A stretch of 64,000 nucleotides of DNA from Eubacteriales bacterium (GTDB lineage Bacteria > Bacillota > Clostridia > Oscillospirales > CAG-272), in assembly GCA_045533505.1 (NCBI GenBank), contig JAZSHY010000010.1:11952-75951 (forward strand), read 5' to 3'. Position numbers and translations under genes: made by a program. Each line of letters opens with the position of its first letter. The first letter of the stretch is position 1. The notes under the pieces are model-generated. The model saw nothing but the letters and a program-made list of their open reading frames with translations. It had not been told where the DNA came from and made no database searches. Shown here piece after piece: positions 9,166 to 18,430 of this stretch.

Positions 9166-9185
9166 ACACTCATGGGTTATGCGAA

Positions 9186-10391
9186 TTATTCGAGGATCTC
9201 GGACACAACGCCGGAGCCAACGGTTCTGCCGCCTTCACGGATAGCAAAGCGAAGACCCTTTTCGATAGCAATGGGGGTGATAAGACCCACGGTCATATCT
9301 ACGTTGTCACCGGGACGGCACATCTCGGTGCCCTCGGGAAGGGTGATAACACCGGTAACGTCGGTGGTACGGAAGTAGAACTGAGGACGGTAGCCGGAGA
9401 AGAAGGGCTTCTGACGTCCGCCTTCCTTTTCGGTCAGAACGTACACCTGGCCGACAAACTTGGTGTGGGGGTTGATGGAGCCGGGCTTGCAGAGAACCTG
9501 ACCGCGCTCAATCTCGTTCTTCTGAACGCCACGGAGGAGAAGACCGACGTTGTCACCGGCCTGAGCGTTGTCCATCAGCTTGTGGAACATCTCGATACCG
9601 GTAATAACGATCTGGCGGCGCTCCTCGGTAAGGCCAACGAGCTCAACCGTATCACTCATGTTAACTACGCCACGCTCAACACGACCTGTAGCAACGGTAC
9701 CACGGCCAGAAATCGAGAAGACGTCCTCAACAGGCATAAGGAAGGGCATTGCATCATCACGGGGAGGCGTGGGAATGTAGGTATCAACCTGCTCCATAAG
9801 CTCCCAGATGCACTTGTACTCGTCAGCGCTCGGGTCGGTGCTGGCACACTCAAGGGCCACACGGGCAGAGCCACGGACAATCGGAATGTCATCGCCGGGG
9901 AAATCGTACTCGGAGAGGAGGTCGCGGACTTCCATCTCAACGAGGTCAAGAAGCTCCTCGTCATCCACGATGTCACACTTGTTCAGGAACACCACGATGG
10001 CGGGAACGCCAACCTGACGGGCAAGAAGCACGTGCTCACGGGTCTGCTGAAGAGGACCGTCGGTACCGGCAACCACGAGAATAGCACCATCCATCTGGGC
10101 AGCACCGGTGATCATGTTTTTAACATAGTCGGCGTGGCCGGGGCAGTCAACGTGGGCATAGTGACGAGCGTCGGTCTCGTACTCAACGTGACGGGTGTTG
10201 ATTGTGATACCACGAGCTCTCTCTTCGGGAGCATTGTCGATCTGGTCATAAGCCATAGCCTCAACATTGCCGTTCTTCAGAGCGAGGGTCTTGGTGATTG
10301 CAGCGGTAAGAGTGGTCTTACCGTGGTCAACGTGGCCAACAGTACCAATGTTGACATGGTCTTTGGTTCTTTCGAATTTCTGCTTTGCCAT
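9186..10391 (-). CDS. tuf: Elongation factor Tu
   Basis: [37 protein letters not shown]. Confidence 0.99.
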   Translation of the reverse strand: MAKQKFERTKDHVNIGTVGHVDHGKTTLTAAITKTLALKNGNVEAMAYDQIDNAPEERARGITINTRHVEYETDARHYAHVDCPGHADYVKNMITGAAQMDGAILVVAGTDGPLQQTREHVLLARQVGVPAIVVFLNKCDIVDDEELLDLVEMEVRDLLSEYDFPGDDIPIVRGSARVALECASTDPSADEYKCIWELMEQVDTYIPTPPRDDAMPFLMPVEDVFSISGRGTVATGRVERGVVNMSDTVELVGLTEERRQIVITGIEMFHKLMDNAQAGDNVGLLLRGVQKNEIERGQVLCKPGSINPHTKFVGQVYVLTEKEGGRQKPFFSGYRPQFYFRTTDVTGVITLPEGTEMCRPGDNVDMTVGLITPIAIEKGLRFAIREGGRTVGSGVVSEILE

Positions 10392-10436
10392 TTTGGAATC
10401 CTCCTATTTTGCAAAATTTATTATTTTTTATACGGT

Positions 10437-12524
10437 TTACTGTGCTGCGTTGTTGCCGCGGACCTTCACGATTTCATCCTGAATCGACTTCGGCACCTCA
10501 GCAAAGTGGCTGGGCTCCATGACATAGTTGCCACGGCCCTGGGTGCGAGAGCGAAGAGCTGTCGCATAGCCGAACATCTCGGAAAGCGGCACGTTGGCCT
10601 TGACCTGCTGGGCACCCGCAACAGGCTCCATGCTTTCGATCTGGCCGCGGCGAGAGTTGATGTCGCCGATAACGTCGCCGAGATAATCGTCGGGTGTTGT
10701 GACCGTGACCTTCATAATCGGCTCGGTCAAAACAGGGTTTGCCTTGCGCATAGCCTCTTTGAACGCCATAGAGCCGGCAATCTTAAAGGCCATTTCCGAG
10801 GAGTCAACCTCGTGGTAAGAGCCGTCGTAGAGGTGAACCTTCACGTCCACGACGTTGTAGCCTGCCACCACACCGGTCTGCATGGCACCGCGGATACCGG
10901 CATCGACTGCGGGGATAAATTCCTTGGGAATGACACCGCCCACAATCTCGTTCAGGAATTCGTAGCCCTTACCGGGTTCGTTAGGCTCAATACGAATCTT
11001 AACATGACCGTACTGACCCTTACCACCGCTCTGACGGGCGTACTTGGTATCCTGCTCGGCTGCCTTGCGAATGGTCTCCTTGTAGGCAACCTGCGGCTGA
11101 CCGATATTGGCCTCTACCTTGAATTCACGGAGGAGTCTGTCCACGATGATTTCAAGATGAAGCTCACCCATACCGGCAATGATGGTCTGGCCCGTTTCCT
11201 CATCGGTGTAGGTGCGGAACGTCGGGTCCTCCTCGGCGAGCTTGGAAAGGGCAATGCCCATCTTCTCCTGCCCTGCCTTGGTCTTAGGCTCAATGGCAAC
11301 ACGGATAACAGGCTCCGGGAATACCATGGATTCAAGAATAATCGGATGCTTCTCGTCGCAGAAGGTATCGCCCGTGGTGGTGTACTTGACACCTACCGCA
11401 GCGGCGATATCACCGGCGTAGACCACGTCAATGTCCTGACGGTCATTGGCATGCATCTGCAGAATACGGCCGAGACGCTCTTCCTTATCCTTGGTGGAGT
11501 TGTAAACAGCAGTTCCCTTCTCGACAACGCCCGAATATACGCGGAAGAAGCAGAGCTTGCCCACGTACGGGTCGGTAGCAATCTTGAAGGCGAGGGCGGA
11601 AAACGGCTCGTCATCCGAAGGACGGCGGCTGTCCTCTTCCTCGGTTTTGGGGTTGATACCCTTGATAGCAGGGATATCGGTAGGTGCGGGCATGAAGTCG
11701 ACAATAGCATCAAGCAGCTTCTGCACACCCTTGTTACGGTACGAAGTACCGCAGCACACAGGAACAATCTTGTTGGCAATGGTCGCCTTACGGAGAGCAG
11801 CCTTCAGCTCCTCGGTGCTGATTTCCTCACCGTCGCAGTACTTCATGAACAAGTCCTCGTCGGTTTCGGCAATGGATTCTACGAGATTGTTGCGATATTC
11901 CTCGGCCAGGTCGCGCATATCCTCGGGAATTTCTTCCACGCGCATATCCTTGCCGACGTCGTCATAATAGACATCAGCCTCCATATTCATCAGATCGATG
12001 ATACCACGGAAGGAGGATTCCTTCCCGATGGGGAGCTGAATCGGAACGGGGTTGGTGCGAAGCCGGTCCTTCATCATCTGAACGACACGGTAGAAATCTG
12101 CACCGGTAATATCCATCTTGTTGACATACGCCATACGGGGAACGTGATATTCATCGGCCTGACGCCAAACCGTTTCGGACTGCGGCTCAACACCGCCCTT
12201 GGCACAGAACACCGTCACCGAACCATCAAGAACACGGAGAGAGCGTTCTACCTCTACCGTGAAGTCAACGTGACCGGGGGTATCGATGATGTTAATGCGG
12301 TTGCCCTTCCAATAGCAGGTGGTGGCGGCAGAAGTGATGGTGATACCTCTCTCCTGCTCCTGTGCCATCCAGTCCATCGTGGCAGCCCCGTCATGCGTTT
12401 CTCCAAGACGATGGGTTTTACCCGTATAAAACAGAATTCTCTCGGTTGTCGTGGTCTTACCGGCATCAATATGCGCCATAATCCCGATGTTGCGAGTATT
12501 CTCAAGGGAAAATTCTCTAGGCAT
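10437..12524 (-). CDS. fusA: Elongation factor G
   Basis: [27 protein letters not shown]; str operon position. Confidence 0.99.
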   Translation of the reverse strand: MPREFSLENTRNIGIMAHIDAGKTTTTERILFYTGKTHRLGETHDGAATMDWMAQEQERGITITSAATTCYWKGNRINIIDTPGHVDFTVEVERSLRVLDGSVTVFCAKGGVEPQSETVWRQADEYHVPRMAYVNKMDITGADFYRVVQMMKDRLRTNPVPIQLPIGKESSFRGIIDLMNMEADVYYDDVGKDMRVEEIPEDMRDLAEEYRNNLVESIAETDEDLFMKYCDGEEISTEELKAALRKATIANKIVPVCCGTSYRNKGVQKLLDAIVDFMPAPTDIPAIKGINPKTEEEDSRRPSDDEPFSALAFKIATDPYVGKLCFFRVYSGVVEKGTAVYNSTKDKEERLGRILQMHANDRQDIDVVYAGDIAAAVGVKYTTTGDTFCDEKHPIILESMVFPEPVIRVAIEPKTKAGQEKMGIALSKLAEEDPTFRTYTDEETGQTIIAGMGELHLEIIVDRLLREFKVEANIGQPQVAYKETIRKAAEQDTKYARQSGGKGQYGHVKIRIEPNEPGKGYEFLNEIVGGVIPKEFIPAVDAGIRGAMQTGVVAGYNVVDVKVHLYDGSYHEVDSSEMAFKIAGSMAFKEAMRKANPVLTEPIMKVTVTTPDDYLGDVIGDINSRRGQIESMEPVAGAQQVKANVPLSEMFGYATALRSRTQGRGNYVMEPSHFAEVPKSIQDEIVKVRGNNAAQ

Positions 12525-12558
12525 TCTCTATCTCCTTAAAGCTTCTGTCCTATGCGGA

Positions 12559-13029
12559 TCAATATCTGTAGTGTGCAAAAGCCTTGTTTGCTTCGGCCAT
12601 ACGGTGGGTTTCTTCCTTCTTTTTAAAGGCTCCGCCCGTTTCTGCCTTGGCATCCATGATTTCTGCAGCGAGTCTTTCAGCCATCGTTCTCTCACCACGG
12701 CTTCTCGCGAAGCTGATGAGCCAACGAAGCCCGAGGGTCTGGCGGCGCTCCGCCCGAACCTCCATCGGCACCTGGTAGTTGGAGCCGCCCACACGGCGAG
12801 CCTTCACCTCCAGAACCGGCATAATGTTCTCGAGAGCCTTCTGGAACACATCCAATGCGCTTTCGCCACTCTTTGCTTCAATAATGGCAAAGGCGTCATA
12901 AACGATTTTCTGGGCAACGCCCTTCTTGCCGTCCAGCATAACATTGTTCACAAGCCTGGTTACAAGCTGCGAATTGTACATAGGATCCGGCAGAACTTCT
13001 CTCTTAGAAATTTGACCTCTTCTCGGCAC
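12559..13029 (-). CDS. rpsG: 30S ribosomal protein S7
   Basis: GTG start behind AAGGAGG; PRRG...[11 protein letters not shown]...ANKAFAHYR. Confidence 0.99.
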   Translation of the reverse strand: MPRRGQISKREVLPDPMYNSQLVTRLVNNVMLDGKKGVAQKIVYDAFAIIEAKSGESALDVFQKALENIMPVLEVKARRVGGSNYQVPMEVRAERRQTLGLRWLISFARSRGERTMAERLAAEIMDAKAETGGAFKKKEETHRMAEANKAFAHYRY

Positions 13030-13193
13030 TGTACTTCCCTCCTTCATTAAATTTGATGAACTCATCGGTACTCGAAAGTTAGTCTCTCGTAAGTGCTCGT
13101 CTTCGTAAAATGACTGTTATAAGTTTTAGGAAAGTTATAAACAAAAATCACAGCACGGTATGACGGCACATCGCTATACGCTTGACGTACAGC

Positions 13194-13607
13194 TTACTTC
13201 TTCGGGCGCTTGGCGCCGTACTTGGAACGCCCCTGGCTGCGGTTTGCCACGCCCTGAGTATCCAACGTACCACGAATGATGTGATACCGCACACCGGGCA
13301 GGTCACGAACACGGCCTCCTCTGACGAGAACAACCGAGTGCTCCTGCAGGTTATGCCCGATACCGGGGATGTAGGTGGTCGCTTCCATTCCGTTCGTCAA
13401 ACGTACTCTTGCGATTTTGCGAAGAGCAGAGTTCGGCTTCTTCGGGCTGGTGGTGGTCACCTTGGTGCAAACGCCACGCTTCTGGGGGGAGCTGATGTCG
13501 GTGGGCTTGTTGGTCAGCGAGTTGAATCCGCGCTGAAGAACAGGCGTTTTCGACTTGTACTCCGACTTGGTGCGGCCGTTCTTAATGAGCTGGTTAAAGG
13601 TTGGCAT
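13194..13607 (-). CDS. rpsL: 30S ribosomal protein S12
   Basis: [30 protein letters not shown]. Confidence 0.99.
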   Translation of the reverse strand: MPTFNQLIKNGRTKSEYKSKTPVLQRGFNSLTNKPTDISSPQKRGVCTKVTTTSPKKPNSALRKIARVRLTNGMEATTYIPGIGHNLQEHSVVLVRGGRVRDLPGVRYHIIRGTLDTQGVANRSQGRSKYGAKRPKK

Positions 13608-13721
13608 AACTTTCCTCCTTCCTCTGATATTTGTTCCTTGCGCGTCCCGATGGGACGCGATGTTTTCCGTGATTCAGGCCTCGCAAGCTTTGATTACGGG
13701 CTGTCCACAGAGATACACCCG

Positions 13722-13750
13722 ATTTTAACATATAAATAAAGAAATGTCAA
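13722..13750 (-). promoter_or_regulatory. Sigma-A promoter of the str operon
   Basis: TTGACA, 17 bp, TAAAAT with an extended -10 TG. Confidence 0.8.
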
Positions 13751-13909
13751 TATTTTTTCTCTATTTTCCCTAAAAATTTTTTCGTCTTTTATGTGAAAAA
13801 GATTTTTTCTCAAAAACATCGCCTTCATATTGCATTTTTTCCTTTTTGGGTGTATACTCACCTCAGGAAGCCGTAAGCCGAATTGCGTAAAAATCAGGGA
13901 GAGATGCTT

Positions 13910-14692
13910 ATGAAAAAAGAAATTTGCCTTGACGATTACCGATATCGCCATCATACAACCTATAATCCGCAAAAATGCATCCGCCACGCGCATAAGGCCC
14001 TTGAAATCGTCTATTTCATAAACGGCGACATTTCGTATGTAATAGACGGACACCGCTTTCCCCTTGCACCGGGAGATATCGTAATCATACCCGCCTCCCG
14101 TTACCATTATGCGGATATTGAGGGAAGCTCTCCTTACGAAAGGGCGGTTATCGACTTTATGGACACTCTGGTGCCGCCCTCGCTCGTCAAGCGAATTTTT
14201 TATGAGCCGCGCGTGTTCCGCACAGCCGGAATCCCCACCTTCCGTGACTATTACAAGCGACTTGATGAATACTCTGACATTCCGCAGCGTGAGGACCGCG
14301 AGAGAATCGCAAAGGCTTTACTCGTAGAGCTCCTCTGTCTCCTCGCGGGACTGAGCCCCGCGCTTTCCGTAGCTCCGGGAGTCCAGAACAATAACACTGT
14401 GGAGACCGCGATTGCTTATATGAATGAGCATATGGCAAGCATCTGCTCTATGAAGGAGATATGCGAGGCGCTCTACATAAGTCCCTCGCACCTTTGTAAG
14501 GTCTTTCGCGAGGTGCTGAATACTTCCCCGATGAAGTATTTGAGAACGAGGCGGCTGCACCACGCGCATACCCTTCTCCGCATGGGCGAGCGCCCCACCC
14601 TCCTCTATACCGAATGCGGCTTCCGCGACTACTCCTCCTTTTACCGTGCCTATCGGGAATATTTCGGCATTTCCCCTACCGAGCAAGGATAA
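13910..14692 (+). CDS. AraC-family transcriptional regulator (cupin + HTH)
   Basis: HAHKALEIVYF cupin; ISPSHLCKVFRE...CGFRDYSSFYRAYREYFGISP. Start could be 13904. Confidence 0.93.
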   Translation: MKKEICLDDYRYRHHTTYNPQKCIRHAHKALEIVYFINGDISYVIDGHRFPLAPGDIVIIPASRYHYADIEGSSPYERAVIDFMDTLVPPSLVKRIFYEPRVFRTAGIPTFRDYYKRLDEYSDIPQREDRERIAKALLVELLCLLAGLSPALSVAPGVQNNNTVETAIAYMNEHMASICSMKEICEALYISPSHLCKVFREVLNTSPMKYLRTRRLHHAHTLLRMGERPTLLYTECGFRDYSSFYRAYREYFGISPTEQG

Positions 14693-14730
14693 ATTGCTAT
14701 TACGCTAAGTTTTGTTTACAACAAAAAAAC

Positions 14731-14764
14731 AAAGGGACTGTGGTGTTGCCACAGCCCCTTTTTG
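14731..14764. terminator. Terminator between convergent AraC and rpoC
   Basis: AAAGGGACTGTGG-TGTTG-CCACAGCCCCTTT flanked by A and T runs. Confidence 0.7.
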
Positions 14765-14767
14765 GTT

Positions 14768-17700
14768 TTAGGCTTTGTGATATCCGCTTACGGCGTCGGC
14801 ATAACGAAGCTCGCCTGCGTCTGTCTCGCAAATCTCAACATTACGGTAACAGTCAAGACCGGTACCTGCAGGAATCAGCTTGCCGATAATGACATTTTCC
14901 TTAAGGCCGAGCAGGTGGTCAACCTTGCCCTGAATGGCGGCCTCCGTGAGAACACGCGTGGTCTCCTGGAAGGAAGCTGCCGACAGGAAGGATTCCGTTT
15001 TAAGAGAAGCCTTGGTGATGCCGAGAAGCTCGGGCTTGAAGGTGGCAAGGCGAAGGTCAATTTCCCCGGCGTCAATACGAGCCTGCACGGCATCGTTTTC
15101 GGCCTCAAGAGTCATGACATCCACCACGGCACCGTCAAGAAGCTCTGTGCTGCCCGCATCCAGAATGCGCACCTTTCTCGTCATCTGGCGGGCAATGACC
15201 TCAATGTGCTTATCGTTGATTTCCACGTCCTCACCGCGATACACCTTCTGCACCTCGCGAATGATGTAGTCATAGGCAGCCTGCAAGCCATTGTTCTCAA
15301 GGATATCAATCGGATACAGCGCGCCCTCGGTCATGGGCTGACCGCGGTAGACGGGAGAACCTTCATCCACAATAAGACGCATGCCGAACGGAATATCGTA
15401 AATTTTGCGCTGCGCCTCGGGGATTTCGGGAGAATCGATGCGGATACGGTGAATCTTTTTATCCACCATAATGTGAACTGTTCCCTCGGTTTCGGCAACC
15501 ACGGCAGTCTTCTTCGGACGGCGAGCCTCAAAAAGCTCCTCGACACGGGGAAGGCCCTGTGTAATGTCGGTACCGGCAACACCGCCTGTGTGGAAGGTTC
15601 TCATGGTAAGCTGTGTACCGGGCTCACCAATCGACTGAGCCGCGATAACACCGACTGCCTCACCGATGCTGACGGGCTTGCCGGAAGCAAGGTCGGCACC
15701 GTAGCAGCGAGCGCACACGCCTCTGCGAGCGCGACAACGGAGAATGGAGCGCACCTCTACACTCTCAACCCCGGCATCCTCAATCTTCTTCGCCATGGCC
15801 TCACTGATAAGCTCGCCGGCACCAACAAGAACCTCCCCGGGATGCTTAGGATCCAGTACGGGATCGATGGTATAGCGTCCGTTAAGACGCTCGGAAAGTC
15901 TCTCCAGCGGCTTACCGTTATCGGTGATGGCGCTGACTACGATACCGTCGCGCGCGCCGCAATCCTCCTCACGGATGATGACCTCCTGCGAAACGTCAAC
16001 AAGACGGCGCGTGAGGTATCCCGAGTCAGCAGTACGGAGAGCCGTATCCGAAAGCGATTTACGCGAGCCCTTGGCACCCATGAAGTATTCCAACATGGTA
16101 AGGCCTTCACGGAAGTTCGACTTAATCGGAATTTCAATCGTCTTACCGTCGGTGGCGAACATAAGACCGCGCATACCGGCCAGCTGACGAAGCTGCTTAA
16201 TCGAACCGCGGGCGCCCGAGGTAGCGATAATGTTGATAGAGTTGTATTTGTCGATGCCATCTGTCAGGCACTTTGTCACCTTGTCGGTAGTTTCCGACCA
16301 GACATCCACCGTCTTCTTATAGCGTTCCTCCTCCGAAAGTTCACCCAGCTCGTAGCTCTCGCGGATGTCGGTTACCTTCTGCTCGGCGGCGGCAATCAGT
16401 GTCTTCTTTTCGGGCGGGATTGTCATATCGTACACCGAAATGGAGAGAGAGGAGCGAGTCGAATACTTGTAGCCCATCGCCTTGATATCGTCGAGCACAA
16501 GGGCGGCTGCGGCAAAATCGTGCGTTTTGATGGTACGGTCTACAATCTTCTTCAAATCCGAGGCGGTGGTCACGAAATCAATTTCAAGGTCACAAGCATG
16601 CTCGGGATCGGTTCTGTCTACATAACCGAGGTCCTGAGGGATCTTGCTGTTGAAAATCATACGGCCAAGGGTGGCGTCGATAACACGTGAAATCTTCTCA
16701 CCATTCACCTCTTTTTCAACACGGACACGAATAGGAGCGTGCAGGCCGATAACCTTATGCTCGTATGCCATCACGGCCTCATCGAAGTTGCGGAAGACCA
16801 TGCCAGCACCCGGCTCATCCTCACGAAGCATGGTGAGGTAATAGGAGCCGAGAACCATGTCCTGCGAGGGCGTGGTAACGGCCTTTCCGTTCATCGGCTT
16901 CAGGAGGTTGTTGGCAGAGAGCATGAGGAAGCGAGCCTCAGCCTGCGCCTCGGCGGAAAGCGGCACGTGCACAGGCATCTGGTCGCCGTCGAAGTCGGCG
17001 TTAAAGGCGGTACAAACAAGCGGATGAAGCTTGATGGCGCGCCCCTCAACCAGAACAGGCTCAAACGCCTGAATCGAAAGGCGGTGAAGCGTCGGAGCAC
17101 GGTTAAGAAGAACCGGATGCTCACGAATGACGTATTCCAGAGCGTCCCACACCTCGGGGCATACGCGCTCTACCTTCTTCTTGGCATCCTTAATGCTGTT
17201 GGCCTCCTGGGTTTCAATCAGGCGCTTCATAACAAAGGGCTTAAAGAGCTCAAGCGCCATCTCCTTCGGAAGACCGCACTGGAAAATCTTCAGATCGGGG
17301 CCGACAACGATAACCGAACGGCCCGAATAGTCCACGCGCTTACCGAGAAGGTTCTGACGGAAGCGGCCCTGCTTACCGCGAAGCATTTCGGAAAGCGATT
17401 TCATGCTGCGGTTGGAGGCGCCCGTGACGGGCTTGCCGCCTCGGCCATTATCAATCAGAGCATCCACAAATTCCTGAAGCATCCGCTTCTCGTTGCGGAT
17501 AATAATGTCCGGCGCCTCCATTTCAATCATGCGGCGCAGACGGTTGTTACGGTTGATAACGCGGCGGTAGAGCTCGTTGAGGTCACTCGTCGCAAAGCGG
17601 CCTCCGTCCAGCTGCACCATCGGACGAAGGTCCGGAGGGATAACCGGCAGGCAATCGAGAATCATCCACTCGGGGCGGTTCTGCGATTTGCGGAAGCTCT

Positions 17701-18337
17701 CCACCACCTCAAGGCGCTTGATAACCTTAAGCTTCTTCTGGCCCGTTACGGTCAGAAGGTCAGCCTTCAGCTCCTTGGAAAGCGCATCAAGGTCGATTTC
17801 CGCCAAAAGCTCCTTGATAGCCTCAGCACCCATGCCGACACGGAAATCGTTTTCGTACTTCTCGTAATAGCTGTTGTACTCGGGCTCCAGAAGCAGCTGT
17901 TTTTTCTCCAGCGGCGTGTCACCCGGATCAAGAACGATGTAGCTCCCGAAATAAAGGACTCTTTCGAGCGCCATGGGAGGCAGGTCAAGCAAAAGTCCCA
18001 TGCGGGACGGAACCGCACGGAAATACCAGATGTGCGAAACCGGTGCGGCAAGCTCAATGTGCCCCATGCGCTCACGGCGCACCTTTTTGGTTGTCACTTC
18101 CACGCCGCACTTTTCACAGATTTTTCCCTTATACCGGCGGCCACGCTTATACTTTCCGCACTGGCACTCAAAATCCTTCTGCGGGCCGAAGATAGTCTCG
18201 CAGAAGAGACCGCCGCGCTCGGGCTTAAGTGTGCGGTAATTGATGGTTTCTCCCTTGGTGACCTCTCCGTGAGACCAACCGCGGATTACCTCGGGCGATG
18301 CCAGGCCGATTTTGATGGAATCGAAAATTCTAGCCAT
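14768..18337 (-). CDS. rpoC: RNA polymerase beta-prime subunit
   Basis: NADFDGDQM catalytic loop, Zn-binding Cys clusters, [13 protein letters not shown]. Confidence 0.99.
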   Translation of the reverse strand: MARIFDSIKIGLASPEVIRGWSHGEVTKGETINYRTLKPERGGLFCETIFGPQKDFECQCGKYKRGRRYKGKICEKCGVEVTTKKVRRERMGHIELAAPVSHIWYFRAVPSRMGLLLDLPPMALERVLYFGSYIVLDPGDTPLEKKQLLLEPEYNSYYEKYENDFRVGMGAEAIKELLAEIDLDALSKELKADLLTVTGQKKLKVIKRLEVVESFRKSQNRPEWMILDCLPVIPPDLRPMVQLDGGRFATSDLNELYRRVINRNNRLRRMIEMEAPDIIIRNEKRMLQEFVDALIDNGRGGKPVTGASNRSMKSLSEMLRGKQGRFRQNLLGKRVDYSGRSVIVVGPDLKIFQCGLPKEMALELFKPFVMKRLIETQEANSIKDAKKKVERVCPEVWDALEYVIREHPVLLNRAPTLHRLSIQAFEPVLVEGRAIKLHPLVCTAFNADFDGDQMPVHVPLSAEAQAEARFLMLSANNLLKPMNGKAVTTPSQDMVLGSYYLTMLREDEPGAGMVFRNFDEAVMAYEHKVIGLHAPIRVRVEKEVNGEKISRVIDATLGRMIFNSKIPQDLGYVDRTDPEHACDLEIDFVTTASDLKKIVDRTIKTHDFAAAALVLDDIKAMGYKYSTRSSLSISVYDMTIPPEKKTLIAAAEQKVTDIRESYELGELSEEERYKKTVDVWSETTDKVTKCLTDGIDKYNSINIIATSGARGSIKQLRQLAGMRGLMFATDGKTIEIPIKSNFREGLTMLEYFMGAKGSRKSLSDTALRTADSGYLTRRLVDVSQEVIIREEDCGARDGIVVSAITDNGKPLERLSERLNGRYTIDPVLDPKHPGEVLVGAGELISEAMAKKIEDAGVESVEVRSILRCRARRGVCARCYGADLASGKPVSIGEAVGVIAAQSIGEPGTQLTMRTFHTGGVAGTDITQGLPRVEELFEARRPKKTAVVAETEGTVHIMVDKKIHRIRIDSPEIPEAQRKIYDIPFGMRLIVDEGSPVYRGQPMTEGALYPIDILENNGLQAAYDYIIREVQKVYRGEDVEINDKHIEVIARQMTRKVRILDAGSTELLDGAVVDVMTLEAENDAVQARIDAGEIDLRLATFKPELLGITKASLKTESFLSAASFQETTRVLTEAAIQGKVDHLLGLKENVIIGKLIPAGTGLDCYRNVEICETDAGELRYADAVSGYHKA

Positions 18338-18430
18338 AATCTCTATTTGGTCACTCCTCCACGACGAAGCGTGGGGGACATTCTCCCCTCTTATAATATG
18401 ACGCTAATTTAAATAACACCGAACTCCGGA

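Noticed and set aside
9186-10391. EF-Tu substitutions (DGPLQQ, EMFHK, EMCRPG)
   Set aside because: GTPase motifs and the kirromycin-site Ala are intact; cannot be separated from ordinary lineage drift without an alignment.
9465-12539. 1024-aa plus-strand ORF antisense to tuf/fusA (similar long ORFs at 2162-4927, 5279-7480, 14762-16690, 18686-22111, 30797-32836 and 61951-63840)
   Set aside because: Mirror-frame ORFs expected from codon bias in GC-rich genes; no recognisable motifs.
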